DNA of 63,930 bases, filler included, from Welwitschia mirabilis (Eukaryota): assembly GCA_051453625.1 (NCBI GenBank). It is 8 parts of one record of this genome, joined end to end, with 100 filler letters (N's around TTAATTAATTAA, not from the genome) between each part and the next. Parts side by side here need not be neighbours in the genome. Positions count along the whole stretch, not along the records: positions 24,308 to 41,206 come from JBOZIK010000001.1; positions 41,307 to 53,638 come from JBOZIK010000001.1; 6 more parts are not named here. One strand, given 5' to 3'. The notes beneath the pieces were generated by a model. That model saw nothing but the letters and a program-made list of their open reading frames with translations, did not search any database and was not told the origin of the DNA. Every line of letters begins with the position of its first letter. The stretch's first letter is position 1. Below, in pieces: positions 39,351 to 52,716 of this stretch. The position numbers and the translations under genes are program-made.

Positions 39351-40132
39351 TCAACTTAAAGAAGTATAACGTTCTAGTTTTTAACCCAAAACTACAAATG
39401 TTACTTAATGCAATGTTTTCAATGTTCCTCATCATGACTATGCACTAAATTAAAAATTTATCATGTTTTAATCAAAATATGGATCTAATACCAAAATATA
39501 ATTATAAATAGGTAACTATAGCATGGTAATAACATGATGAAGAATAGTTTTATAACATGCATAGAAAATTTATAATAATAATACTCTTTCACATGTTACA
39601 ACTATAAGTACATAAATCATGAAATAAGTAGTAAAAGTATTTCAAGCCATCAACAACAAGTACTTCTTTCTTAATGAATAGAATCCATGTTAGTATATAA
39701 ACCTACACATATAATATAGTATGAGAATTTCGAAATCATCACAATCCCCAATATGGTCTCTGGTAAGGTATGGAATGACAAAGATTCTCAAGTAAAAAGG
39801 AATATTAAGAATAAAATAGAAAAGACTGAGGCTCCATTTTAATTAATATTTCTTTACTATTACTCCATAATGGATTTCAGTAATCTAGTTGCATACAATC
39901 CAAAGGGGATAAATGATAAATTGATCATATTTTTCCTAGTTATCCTGGTAGTTCGATCCCATGGCCTTAGGACTCCCTTTAAAGAGTATCACTTCCTAAA
40001 GTTTGAACAATTGGTTATCCTAACTAGTTTTAGTTTCCTTATTTAAAATTATTAGCTAAGATTGATAACCAAAATAAGTCAAATTAATAACTCGTTATAA
40101 GACTTAGACAAAATGGAAAGGGTTGTGATACA

Positions 40133-43100
40133 TGATAGAATTGAGAACCCTAGGAGGAGGAGGAATGGGTGAATAGGTTCTTTAAAAAATAATTAATCAA
40201 AATCAACTAAACAAACTCATGATATATCAAATGCTCAAAGTAAAATTACTAATAAATTCATGCATTCAAAGCAAAGATAAAAGTATTTAATGTAATGAAA
40301 CTAACTAAAAGTATAAAATACTAAATAGTTGCATACAAGATTTTATAGTGATTTGTAAACCCCCTACTCCACTCTTAATGATCATCTTATCACCAAGCTT
40401 GATCTAAATCTTCGTTACTCCTCTAGGTACTGTAGGTTCATCTATAACCTTTACAAATGAACTTTTCTAGGCTTAGTCTTAACCTTNNNNNNNNNNNNNN
40501 NNNNNNNNNNNNNNNNNNNNNNNNNNNNNNNNNNNNNNNNNNNNNNNNNNNNNNNNNNNNNNNNNNNNNNNNNNNNNNNNNNNNNNNNNNNNNNNNNNNN
40601 NNNNNNNNNNNNNNNNNNNNNNNNNNNNNNNNNNNNNNNNNNNNNNNNNNNNNNNNNNNNNNNNNNNNNNNNNNNNNNNNNNNNNNNNNNNNNNNNNNNN
40701 NNNNNNNNNNNNNNNNNNNNNNNNNNNNNNNNNNNNNNNNNNNNNNNNNNNNNNNNNNNNNNNNNNNNNNNNNNNNNNNNNNNNNNNNNNNNNNNNNNNN
40801 NNNNNNNNNNNNNNNNNNNNNNNNNNNNNNNNNNNNNNNNNNNNNNNNNNNNNNNNNNNNNNNNNNNNNNNNNNNNNNNNNNNNNNNNNNNNNNNNNNNN
40901 TCTTAATGATCAGCTTATCACCAAGCTTGATCTAAATCTTCGTTACTTCTCTAGGTACTACAGGTTCATCTATAACCTTTACAAATGAACTTTTCTAGGC
41001 TTAGTCTTAACCTTTAAATAGACTTTTTCAGGCTTAGTCTCAATTTTTGAATAGAATTTTTTAGGCTTAGTCTCAACCTTTAAACAAACTTTTGCAGACT
41101 TAGTCTCAATCTTTGAATAGACTTTTGCAAGTTAAGTCTCAATCTTTCACAATGTAAGACAATGATGGAATAATGCCAAGATGCACAGATATCACTCACT
41201 TTTTAGNNNNNNNNNNNNNNNNNNNNNNNNNNNNNNNNNNNNNNNNNNNNTTAATTAATTAANNNNNNNNNNNNNNNNNNNNNNNNNNNNNNNNNNNNNN
41301 NNNNNNAAAACTCTAATAAGATTCCTCCTTTTCTTCTTTTTTCTCTTTAGAATCATCTTTAGAATCTTCTTATTCTTTATATCCTTCTATGCATGCTGAG
41401 CTAGTGGCCTTTACTAAAGCATCAGTAATGTTGTACCCAGCTACTATGAGTGCTTCCTTCATATGTTTGGTATAGGAATCAATCCGTCTTAAGTACAAAA
41501 GAGTTTCATCAGGAAAGGCTTCCTTTGGAGAGGGTGACTTTGAGGACTTATTGTAAGGGACAAATATGTGTATACAAGATAGTATTGCNNNNNNNNNNNN
41601 NNNNNNNNNNNNNNNNNNNNNNNNNNNNNNNNNNNNNNNNNNNNNNNNNNNNNNNNNNNNNNNNNNNNNNNNNNNNNNNNNNNNNNNNNNNNNNNNNNNN
41701 NNNNNNNNNNNNNNNNNNNNNNNNNNNNNNNNNNNNNNNNNNNNNNNNNNNNNNNNNNNNNNNNNNNNNNNNNNNNNNNNNNNNNNNNNNNNNNNNNNNN
41801 NNNNNNNNNNNNNNNNNNNNNNNNNNNNNNNNNNNNNNNNNNNNNNNNNNNNNNNNNNNNNNNNNNNNNNNNNNNNNNNNNNNNNNNNNNNNNNNNNNNN
41901 NNNNNNNNNNNNNNNNNNNNNNNNNNNNNNNNNNNNNNNNNNNNNNNNNNNNNNNNNNNNNNNNNNNNNNNNNNNNNNNNNNNNNNNNNNNNNNNNNNNN
42001 NNNNNNNNNNNNNNNNNNNNNNNNNNNNNNNNNNNNNNNNNNNNNNNNNNNNNNNNNNNNNNNNNNNNNNNNNNNNNNNNNNNNNNNNNNNNNNNNNNNN
42101 NNNNNNNNNNNNNNNNNNNNNNNNNNNNNNNNNNNNNNNNNNNNNNNNNNNNNNNNNNNNNNNNNNNNNNNNNNNNNNNNNNNNNNNNNNNNNNNNNNNN
42201 NNNNNNNNNNNNNNNNNNNNNNNNNNNNNNNNNNNNNNNNNNNNNNNNNNNNNNNNNNNNNNNNNNNNNNNNNNNNNNNNNNNNNNNNNNNNNNNNNNNN
42301 NNNNNNNNNNNNNNNNNNNNNNNNNNNNNNNNNNNNNNNNNNNNNNNNNNNNNNNNNNNNNNNNNNNNNNNNNNNNNNNNNNNNNNNNNNNNNNNNNAAT
42401 AGTACTTTGGTGTAAGTAAGGAAGTGGAAATGATGTGTTTTGAAGTGTAAGTCTTACCACAGATCTCCCTTGTCACTATAGGATTATCTTTTATGGTATT
42501 GTGAAGAGGTTAAAACTTTTCATAGTCACCTTTAGGAATATCAGTTAGATTAGAGATGAGATTTGCTATAAGCTTTAGTCACTTTCCCAAAATAAGCGTT
42601 CCAAAGTTCTTGAATCATGATCATAAGTTGTATTACAATAAAACATATGAGTGAGAAAAGGATAGGCAGAATCAGAAACATCTAGGAAATAATAAATACC
42701 CTAATTTCTTAGGGCATGAATCACTTCCCTGAGCTCTCTAAGCTCTGAGGTTGCCATATATTATTCTTGACAATAGGATCTCTTGCTGAAGTTTTCTTAA
42801 CTCTCTTCCTTAAAGATCTTTTAGTCATTTCTACCTTTTTCAAGATCTTGAAAGTAAGAAAAATGAGAGAAAATTACTAAATCTAAGAGAAAAGCTCTAG
42901 ATCTAAAAGAAAAAGAGGGCTAGAATATAATGAAAACAAATCAGGAGCCTCTTTTTTTTTTTATAGAGATAGTGAAATAGGGTGATTTAAAGAGTGAAAT
43001 TAGGTTCATCAATGGTACTTCTACACTATAATCTATCAGGCTCAGTTAANNNNNNNNNNNNNNNNNNNNNNNNNNNNNNNNNNNNNNNNNNNNNNNNNNN

Positions 43101-46100
43101 NNNNNNNNNNNNNNNNNNNNNNNNNNNNNNNNNNNNNNNNNNNNNNNNNGGGTGATTTAAAGAGTGAAATTAGGTTCATCAATGGTACTTCTGCACTATA
43201 ATCTATCAGGCTTAGTTAACTAGTTGAAGTTTTAGTTGATCTATTGAGATGTAGATATATAGTACATGAAGAGATCTAGGTGATCAGGCTTTTAGGATGG
43301 TTGACCGACCACATCGGGTCGGTTGGATCATGGATCCAGCCAAACACCCTACAATCAGCTAGAGGATGAGGAGTTAACTCATGGTTCACATNNNNNNNNN
43401 NNNNNNNNNNNNNNNNNNNNNNNNNNNNNNNNNNNNNNNNNNNNNNNNNNNNNNNNNNNNNNNNNNNNNNNNNNNNNNNNNNNNNNNNNNNNNNNNNNNN
43501 NNNNNNNNNNNNNNNNNNNNNNNNNNNNNNNNNNNNNNNNNNNNNNNNNNNNNNNNNNNNNNNNNNNNNNTCTCAATAAGAAGAACAACATTTATTTTCA
43601 CATTCATAATTTCACATTTTGATTTTTTAAATACTATTTTATGAACTTTGTCACATAATTGACTGATACTCAATAAGTTATGATTTAAACCATTCACATA
43701 TAATACAATATTAAGTTAAGTAACTTACCTCCTTTAATGCATCCTATACCTTCTATTCTTGCCTTTTTATTATTTTCAAAAATAAGATCTCCTCCATTAA
43801 TACTTTTCAAGTGTTAAAACTTTGATCTTTTTCCCATCATGTGCCTTGAGCATGTACTGTCTAAGTACCAGCTATTTGCACTTGCTCTTTTAAGAACTAT
43901 CTATGTTAAAAGACTTTTAAGATTGTTAGCTCTTACCCACTTAGTCTTGTTATACTTATGTGGTACACTTCTTTTGGGAATAAATCTAAATGATAAAGAA
44001 TTCACTAAACTTAAAAAAAGCATTAACTTTCAAATATTGCAAAATAACTTTGAATGTCCAATTTTATCACAAAAATTATAAGAAACTCTATAAGTAAACT
44101 TACATTACCTATGTACATTACCTATTTACATGTTCTTATGGATTTTGGAAAATGAAGCTGATACTTATTTTGTATCTAGTAGGTTTCTGAACTCCAAGCA
44201 TCTATTCTAACTTAGAAGAATCACTAGAAAAATTATTAACAAAGAAAGATAGATTTTTTACTTATGACAAGAGATTGGTGTTGTCAGATTTTAGCACATT
44301 ATACTTTATTTCTATTTCCTCCTTCTCTTTGATGAGAGACTTCACTACTTTGTTCAAATCATTTATCCTTTTTGCGAGCTTTTCATATTCTTCATATAGC
44401 TCATGACATGTACCCTCTAGTTCATTCTCTTCTTCATTAATTATGTCCAAGTCATCAGGCTTTAATGTGCTAGGTAAGTTTTTGAGAGAAGGCACAATTG
44501 CCATGAAGGATAATCTTATGTCTCTATCTGATTTTTGACTTGAACTACTGTCATCATCATCATCCTCATTATCTCATGTTGTAACAAAAAAAGGATTCTT
44601 TATTTTCTTGTTATCTTTTTTTGTGTTTGGGCACTTATTTTCCATATGACCAAATTCTTTATATGAGTAGCATTAGATTTATTTACTTTTTTCTTGTGTC
44701 TTTCTATATTTTAGATGATTTATTTTTAAGTTTATACTTGACTCACCTTCATTTTTATTTATATGTAAAAACTTTCTAAATCTTTTAGCTAGAAGAGCCA
44801 CTTCATCATCATCCAAGTCCTCATCTGAACTTTAGACCTGTATTCTTCATGCACACATTTTAAGATGATATTTTTCTTCTTAACCTTAATAAATTTAAGT
44901 TCATAGGTTTATATATTACTATTTAGTTCTTATAGTGCCATTGCATTTATGTTCTTAATTTTCTTGATGGCTATGGCCTTTGGTTCAAATATCTTTGGTA
45001 GAGATCTCAATACCTTTCTGACCACCTTTCTTTTGTCCAACCATTCTCTAAGATTTGTCATAGAGTTTATAAGATTAGAGAGTCTCACAAAGAACTCTTA
45101 CAAAGTATCCTCTTCATCCATGTNNNNNNNNNNNNNNNNNNNNNNNNNNNNNNNNNNNNNNNNNNNNNNNNNNNNNNNNNNNNNNNNNNNNNNNNNNNNN
45201 NNNNNNNNNNNNNNNNNNNNNNNNNNNNNNNNNNNNNNNNNNNNNNNNNNNNNNNNNNNNNNNNNNNNNNNNNNNNNNNNNNNNNNNNNNNNNNNNNNNN
45301 NNNNNNNNNNNNNNNNNNNNNNNNNNNNNNNNNNNNNNNNNNNNNNNNNNNNTAAAGTGGTATTACTGTTGGCATCTATTTTTGACAACATAGGCATAGA
45401 ATAACCCTTATAGATAACTTCTTCTATATCGACATCTAAAGATCTAAGAAAAATTTTCATTCTAGCTTTCCAGTATGCATAGTTTGACCTATCAAACATT
45501 AGTGGATAACCGCTAGAAGAACCGTAAGATGGATTACTCATTATAGGGTTCTAAAGTCTGGATCGATTAAAATCTAAAGAAAGACTTAACTTGGCTCTAA
45601 GATTGATAACCCTAGAGGGAGGGGTGAATAGGTTATTTTAAAAATAATTAATCAAAATCAACTAAACAAACTCACGATATACCAAAAGATTGCTCAAAGT
45701 AAATTACTAATAAATTCATACATGCAAAGCAAAGCTAAAAACATTTAAAGTAATGGAACTAACTGAAAGAATAAAATATCGAATAGATGTACACAGGATT
45801 TTATGGTGGTTTGAGAAACCTTCTACTCCACTCTTGACAATCATCTTATTATCAAGCTTGATCTAGATTTTTGTTACTCCTCTAGGTATTGTAAGTTTAC
45901 CTGTAACCTTTACAAATGAACTTTTCTAGGCTTAGTTTCAATCTTTGCATGAACTTTTTTAGGCTTAGTCTTAATCTTTAAATGAACTTTTCTAGCCTTA
46001 GCCTTAACCTTTGAATGAACTTTTGTAGGCTTAGTCTTAACCTTTGAATGGACTTTTGCAGGCTAAGTCTTAATCTTTTACAATGTAAGAGAGTGATGAA

Positions 46101-47143
46101 ATAATGTCAAGATGCTCAAATATCACTCATTCTTTAGTACAATAATTTTAGTGGAGCTCTTCTCCTATAGATAATACAACAAATGAAGCACTAGATCTAA
46201 CCTTGAATGTATAGATGCAATAGGTGATAGATCTTTCTTAGTCAGGAGTACAAAGCTAATATGCTATAGTAAATATCACAATATTCAGTTCTTCGCTTAA
46301 GAGTAAAAATATCTTTTTAGTCATTTCTCTCTTGGATATTTATATTGAAAGGATTTTAGGATTTATTGCATTTGAAAATATGCTTCCAACAGCTATAAAT
46401 AACTGAAAAATGGCTATCTAATAGATACATAATCGATACAAAATGAAAAGAAAATTTTAGTTTCATTTCGACCGATTGACCCCTCAAAAGTCCGGTCGAC
46501 CCCATCTAGTGTCGTGACTTATACATGTCACCTAAGTGAAGTTTTTGATTGCCTAATTTCTTATGGCTCCATATCTGATTAATCCCAAGGTCTGTTTGAT
46601 CCCCTTCTAGTTGCTCACAATTTTGTTTGGTTGCCTGCTAGTCCTGATAAAAGATCATTCCAATTTCCTGCATTAGGTCTGGTCAACTCCTTTAGGTGTC
46701 TGGTCAACCCTATGATGATTGACTCAAGGATATCAGCTACAAAATACTCATGTTTAGTTGACCTCTTTAAAGGTCTAGTTGACCCCTTAACAATCAATTT
46801 TTAGTCGATCCCTTTTCATTTGGTTCATGGATATTATTCTTAAGATCATAGATATGATCGATTCCATTAGAAATCTGATCGACCCCTCTGAATTCAGTTT
46901 AATTATGAGAGTATGCTCCAGGTGTGGTTGACCCCTTGAAAGTCTAATTAACCCTCAAGAGGGTAAGTGAGCTTGATAAGTTTCTAGTGCCCAGAATTCG
47001 ATAATTATGGCTTTAGCATTTAACCTGCAAGTAATTAACATCTTCTACATAAAATACACAAAATTTGCTTCACAGGAAATATAGTTTGACATCAATTGAA
47101 AAAACATAATCTAGTAATACAAGTTCATAAGACAACACTAACA
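40133..47143 (-). mobile_element. SIRE/Maximus-like Ty1/copia element with two LTRs and an extra ORF
   Basis: LTRs at ~45602-47143 and 40133-41206+. Gag PLMFDRSNYAYWKARMKIFL, zinc knuckle KELGHMENKCP, coiled coil, protease WYLDSTCSRHMMG and VNGLNHNLLSISQLCDK. Extra ORF at 42830-41370 (AYPFLTHMFYCN). INT/RT not visible and no matching TSD found. Confidence 0.85.
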
Positions 47144-47979
47144 TGAGATGTATGTAGTCTAAATAGATCATGAAAGCTTCATTGATACACAAGAACAACC
47201 TTTAAAGAATTTTACAAATATCAAGATCATTTAAACATGAAGATTATTCAAGATGTAAAAGATAAGGATCATGAAAGAGAATAAAAGAAAAACCAAAACC
47301 CATATAGGAATGAAATGATGATCATAAAAACCATACAAGAAATAAGCTGAAAGACCATTAACCATACAAGAATGAAATGAAAGAAGATAAAAAACATGCA
47401 ATAATAAAATAAAACAACATAAGAACTATATAAGAAAGAAAATGAAAACCATAAAATAATATCTAATTTAAAAAGAAGATTTAAGAACTTTCAAATATTT
47501 CAAGGCTTGAAGGTTCGAAGGCTTATTCAATCTCTAAAGTTTAGTAGCAAAGGCGTTTTTAGAAACAAAAGTGACAGGAAAGGGAAAGGAGGGGTTTATT
47601 TATAACTAAGGTTTGGTGGAATACAAAGGGGCATAAAAATATGAAGACAAAACATCATAAAGGAGGATGATCAATAAATAACAATGCTCATCATGCAATA
47701 ACAAATAATTTTCAAAACCATATTTAAATTATTTTCTAGATATAAGTGTAATAGCTACAAAATTTTAACCACAAGAATCATAATTAAATCATAAAAATTT
47801 TCAGCAAGGATAATATTATGACTCCTACAAAATGAGAGTGATTATAACATAAAATTATCATGATAAAATTACACCTCTAGAAATCAAAAGATAAATATAT
47901 GCAATAATTAAACTAGCTTGAGGCTCTATAACATTAAAAATTATCTATAATATTGATCCTTGAAATTCTGAATGTGATA

Positions 47980-48200
47980 TTACTTCACCCCTTAAGAGGT
48001 TTTATCCTCAAAATTAGAGCTATAAAACATCTTTTTTATAATCTCAAGTAGCTTCTCTTTCTATCTATCTTAATAATTATACTTACAAAGTTGAATTTAT
48101 CTTTCTTCAATGCCATATAATTTGTTGAATAAGTTAAAATGTTGTCTACAAAACTTACTAATCATGATAAGTAAAATGCTAATCACTTGTTATGTCTAGA
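47980..48200 (-). mobile_element. Tekay-like chromodomain end and PPT
   Basis: EREATxD..NFEDK followed by TAAGGGGTGAAG. Confidence 0.5.
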
Positions 48201-49499
48201 ATGATTAATTGTAATAGGGTAATACTTAAGTAATGTTATTAGTCTTATCATTAACATTAACATCTCTTAGTTTAGTACTACCTCTATTATTCTACCTATT
48301 ACTACTAATGACAGAAGCATAAAAAGACTACTTTCCTCCTTTCTTAACAAGCATTCTTAAATCACATAACATTTATCATTTACTATAAAATACAATAAAA
48401 TTAAATCATAAAGTACACTCACATTCCATGCTATATTTGTTCGTTTAACATTAGGCTAGGTAATCTATTATTATAAATTAACCATGGAATGCATGAAAGT
48501 GAAAATGTTAAATCTTTCATAATGTATAGTAGCTTCTTCCAAACAATCCTAAGCGAGAGCTGACATTTTCTAAGTGATGTATTCATCTCTACATGTCTTA
48601 ATACAATTTGGATAAGATATTTATGCAACTTGTTGAATCCATTTCAAAGAAGAAAAACTCATGTTATATTCCAAACTCATTTCTTGATTGCATTTGCATC
48701 CCAAACTTTCATGTATCAATTATCATCTAAGAGGATTTTCAAATCTTCTCTTGCCAATTCACATGATTTTAGCTTTTCAAGGCTACGTCTTTTACAAATA
48801 ACATGATTTATTACCATCTTAATTGATCATTAGTTATTCTTATAAATCACCTAGAATTCATCAGAAAAAGCTTATTTTGTTATAATGCTTTCTCTAGGTA
48901 AAATAAAATCATTACTCAAGATATTAATTAATAAAGCATTAATTGATAAATCGGTCAGCTTTCTCTACTTCATCAAGATATAGATAAGCAATTGGAATAA
49001 GTGCTCTAATCTTTTTATGATTTCTTGTCATATCCACATTTTTACTTTTCTTATAAAATTTGCAAGTTTGTGTTTAATGAAATATTTCAAAAATATTGAA
49101 TTACTTAAAACCTCTAATTATTGGAAATACTATATTCTTGAAATGTAGTCTTATTAAATTGTAATATGAATACCCTTTTAATTAAATGTTTGTATTCAAT
49201 TTTCATATGCTCTTATGGTGGAAATAATTTCTTTTATTTACTTATGAAATTATGCTGAAATGAATGCATATTGTGGAGACATGTTATTTATCCTTTTTCC
49301 TCATTATTAACTGTGAAGCATTATCTTGATTATATTATTAAAATCACTCAGTGGCCAGATAATCTTTTATGAGACATTATGTAACCCTCTCTTAACCATT
49401 GTCTCATGATGTGTCCTTTCATATTCTTGAGTTTTGTCACCTTACTCATGTTCTCTCACTTTAAATAGAGTCCTTCTTTTCTTGAGTCTAGTTTTATTC

Positions 49500-50115
49500 T
49501 TCCGAAACAATCTTTCCATGAAATCTTGGAAGCTTAGGAGGCTTAGGAGCCCTAAAATACTTGGAAGGTTTTCAAATAGTTAACTTGTGGGTATGGTTCT
49601 TTGCTTTGTGCTTCCTTGTTGGTCCTTCCTTATGCAATTTGTATTGAAATCATCATGTTGTGTTTGGTTTTATTTTTCTTGTATTTTCTTGATGGTCCTC
49701 TCATATTCATTCGTTTATTGAGATCAATGCGTATGTATTTATTGTAAGTTGGTTATGTTGCTTGAATAAGAGAAACTCTGTGTTGAAGCATATTTTATCT
49801 TCATGTATCTTTCCTCAATATCTTGAAGTTATCTTCTTGTATGAGATGAAAACTCATGATTAAATCCATCTTAATCATCTTGTAATATAATTTTGAAGCC
49901 TTGTCAAGGTATTATACCATGATTAATCTTCTCTTAACTTTGTGATATCATCTTATTAGACTTATGGTTATGGATTTTCCATAGATCACCAAATGAGGCA
50001 GTGGACATCACAGATTGTTAAACAATGTAGTAAAGAGAGAATTCCATAGATTTCCAAATAAGGCAGTGGACTTTATAGATTGTTGAATATGGTAGTAAAG
50101 TTAATGATGATTAAG

Positions 50116-50149
<34 letters not shown>

Positions 50150-51850
50150 TACCACAGATTGTCAAATGAGGTAGTAGACTTTACAAATCACCAAATGAGG
50201 CAGTGAAGTTAAACATTATATGGGAACCACAGATTACCAAATGAGGCAATGGGCTTCATAGATCATCGAACAAGGTAGTAAAGTTAATGATGATTGAGAT
50301 TATATAAATTATATTTTATATTCTCATTCATAACCATGAGTTTATTATCTATGTATGTCTTGGATTTCTTGAAAGTTTTGAACTTTTTCTTTCTATATCA
50401 ATCCTTGAATTATCTTGTCAAAATACCTATTCTTGCCTTGGCCATATTGGGAGCTATAAGATTTTCACAGTTCTCATCTCATGTATTTTTGTGATAGTTG
50501 GAAAATTTGATGTCTAATTGCTAATATGGCATGAGTTCATGATAGATCGTTGGATCTAAAATGGTATAAAAGTCCTTTGATTGATTATATCTCTTCGGCT
50601 ATTAGAGTTAAAAGCCTGAATTCATGAACNNNNNNNNNNNNNNNNNNNNNNNNNNNNNNNNNNNNNNNNNNNNNNNNNNNNNNNNNNNNNNNNNNNNNNN
50701 NNNNNNNNNNNNNNNNNNNNNNNNNNNNNCTCTAAAATATGAAGGTCTTTGAATAACAAACTTACAGGTATAATTCGTTACTTTCATGATTCCTTATTGG
50801 TCCTTTCTTATGCATTCTGTATTGAAATTGTCATGTTTATATATGGTTCTATACTTTCGTATTTTTTTGATGGTTCTCTCTTATTCATTTATTTATTAAA
50901 ATTGATGGGATGTAGTCCTATAAGTTGTTTATGTTGCTTGAATTAAAAAAACTCTATGTTGATGCATATTTCATCTTCCTTTACGTTTCCTTAATATTTT
51001 GAAGTTATCTTGTTGTATGAGATAAAACTCGTGATTAAATCCTATCATACACATCTTGTAATCTAGCTTTGAAATCTTGTTAAGGTATTATGTTGTGGTC
51101 AAACCTCTCTTAGCTTCATGATATTGTCTTGTTTGGACTTAGAATTATGGATTTCCATAGATACCCGAATGAGGCAGTGAACTTCACATATCGCCAAATA
51201 ATGCAATGAATAGAGAATCCACAGATCACCGAATGAGGCAATGAACTTCACAGATCATCGAATGAGGTAGTGAAGTTAATGATAATTGAGATTATATATA
51301 TATTTATATATTATTATAAGTACCACATATCGCTGAATGAGGCAGTGGGCTTCATAGATCGCAGAATGAGGCAGTGAAGTTAAATATTATATGAGAACCA
51401 CAGATCACCAAATGAGGCATTAGGCTTTACAGATCGCCAAATGAGGCAGTGAAGTGATTGAAATATTTACTATATTTGATATTCTNNNNNNNNNNNNNNN
51501 NNNNNNNNNNNNNNNNNNNNNNNNNNNNNNNNNNNNNNNNNNNNNNNNNNNNNNNNNNNNNNNNNNNNNNNNNNNNNNNNNNNNNGGGCTTCACAGATCA
51601 TCAAATAAGGCAGTGAAGTGATTGAAATATTTATTATATTTGATATTCTTGTTCATAACCATGAGCTTATTATTTGTGTTATATCTTGGATTTCTTGAAG
51701 TCTTGAATTGTTCTTTTTATCTTAATCCTTGAAGAATCTTGCCAAATAACCTATTCTTTCCTGTGCCATACTAGGAGCTATGAGATTTTCACAGTTCTCA
51801 TCCCATACTTTTGTGTTTTTCAGGTGGAAAATTAGAAGGTATAATCACTG
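49500..51850 (+). repeat. Two diverged ~1-1.2 kb copies of an LTR-like unit, each with an array of 24-bp sub-repeats
   Basis: 49600-50500 aligns with 50780-51820. Motif CACAGATC(A/G)CC(A/G)AATGAGGCAGTG occurs about 8 times per copy. Confidence 0.8.
50118..50146. repeat. (TA)n microsatellite
   Basis: Perfect TA run of about 14 units. Confidence 0.95.
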
Positions 51851-52647
51851 TTATGAGTGTATGATGTAAAGGATTAATGTACCAGTACTGTTGGAAAATT
51901 TGCTAAATAAACTTGTAATCCTTCACAAATTCTAAAATTTAGTAGTGTATGATTATGATTTAAGATATGTTATATTGCTATTGAATAATGTTTCATAGAT
52001 GTTCATTCACAGTTAAACCCTATCTTTATTATTTGTGATTTTTACAATTACGAAATTCCTTAGTTTTATTCAAAGCATTGTAATGTGATTATCTTCCATG
52101 AAAATACTATTGGACATGAAAAGTTTAACCATATATTCTTTATGCCTTTCTTGACAAATTTTATTGAAAGGCTTAAAATCTTGAATTATGTAATTACCTT
52201 GAAATTATATTGAATGTCAATTGTGGATATCTCTTCTTGCATTATTTTCAGTAAAGATTGAAATTGGCATCATATTTATGCATCACTTGCAATAGTTCCT
52301 TGAAAATTTTATAGTCTAATTAAGGGAAATCAATCAAAAGTTTTACCTTAAAAAGGTAGTGTTAATGCCATTTATTAATCATTTAAACAATGAGTTAGGT
52401 ATAACTTTTACATTGTAGTTATATAAAGGACAATATGTTTCTAAATAAATATTAAATTTGTTAAGTGATAAGGATTATATTAAAGACCTCAATGTACTTT
52501 TCTTTCCCCTTTAAAAATAGAATTTTAATGTTATCATAATTAGGCTAGATGTATGGTAATGTTAATTATTTAATATTATTAATTTATCTTTGAGAAGGAC
52601 GTTAAGGAAGAATTAATTAAAATTTATTAAAAGTTTTAGTTGTTTGG

Positions 52648-52716
52648 TGGGCACATTGAGACTTGAACCTCTAACCACTAAGGTCACATTAATAGTTTAT
52701 TACCATTACGCTAATA
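52648..52716 (-). pseudogene. tRNA-derived sequence (SINE head or tRNA pseudogene)
   Basis: Minus strand has A box TAGCGTAATGG and B box GGTTCAAGTC at tRNA-like spacing. Cloverleaf stems are degenerate. Confidence 0.55.

Noticed and set aside
954-45541. Long ORFs in the supplied track made mostly of X
   Set aside because: Artefacts of translating N gaps.
49975-51625. CRISPR-like repeat-spacer array
   Set aside because: Plant nuclear context, no cas genes, degenerate repeats, and spacers that alternate between 5 nt and longer repeated AT-rich sequence.
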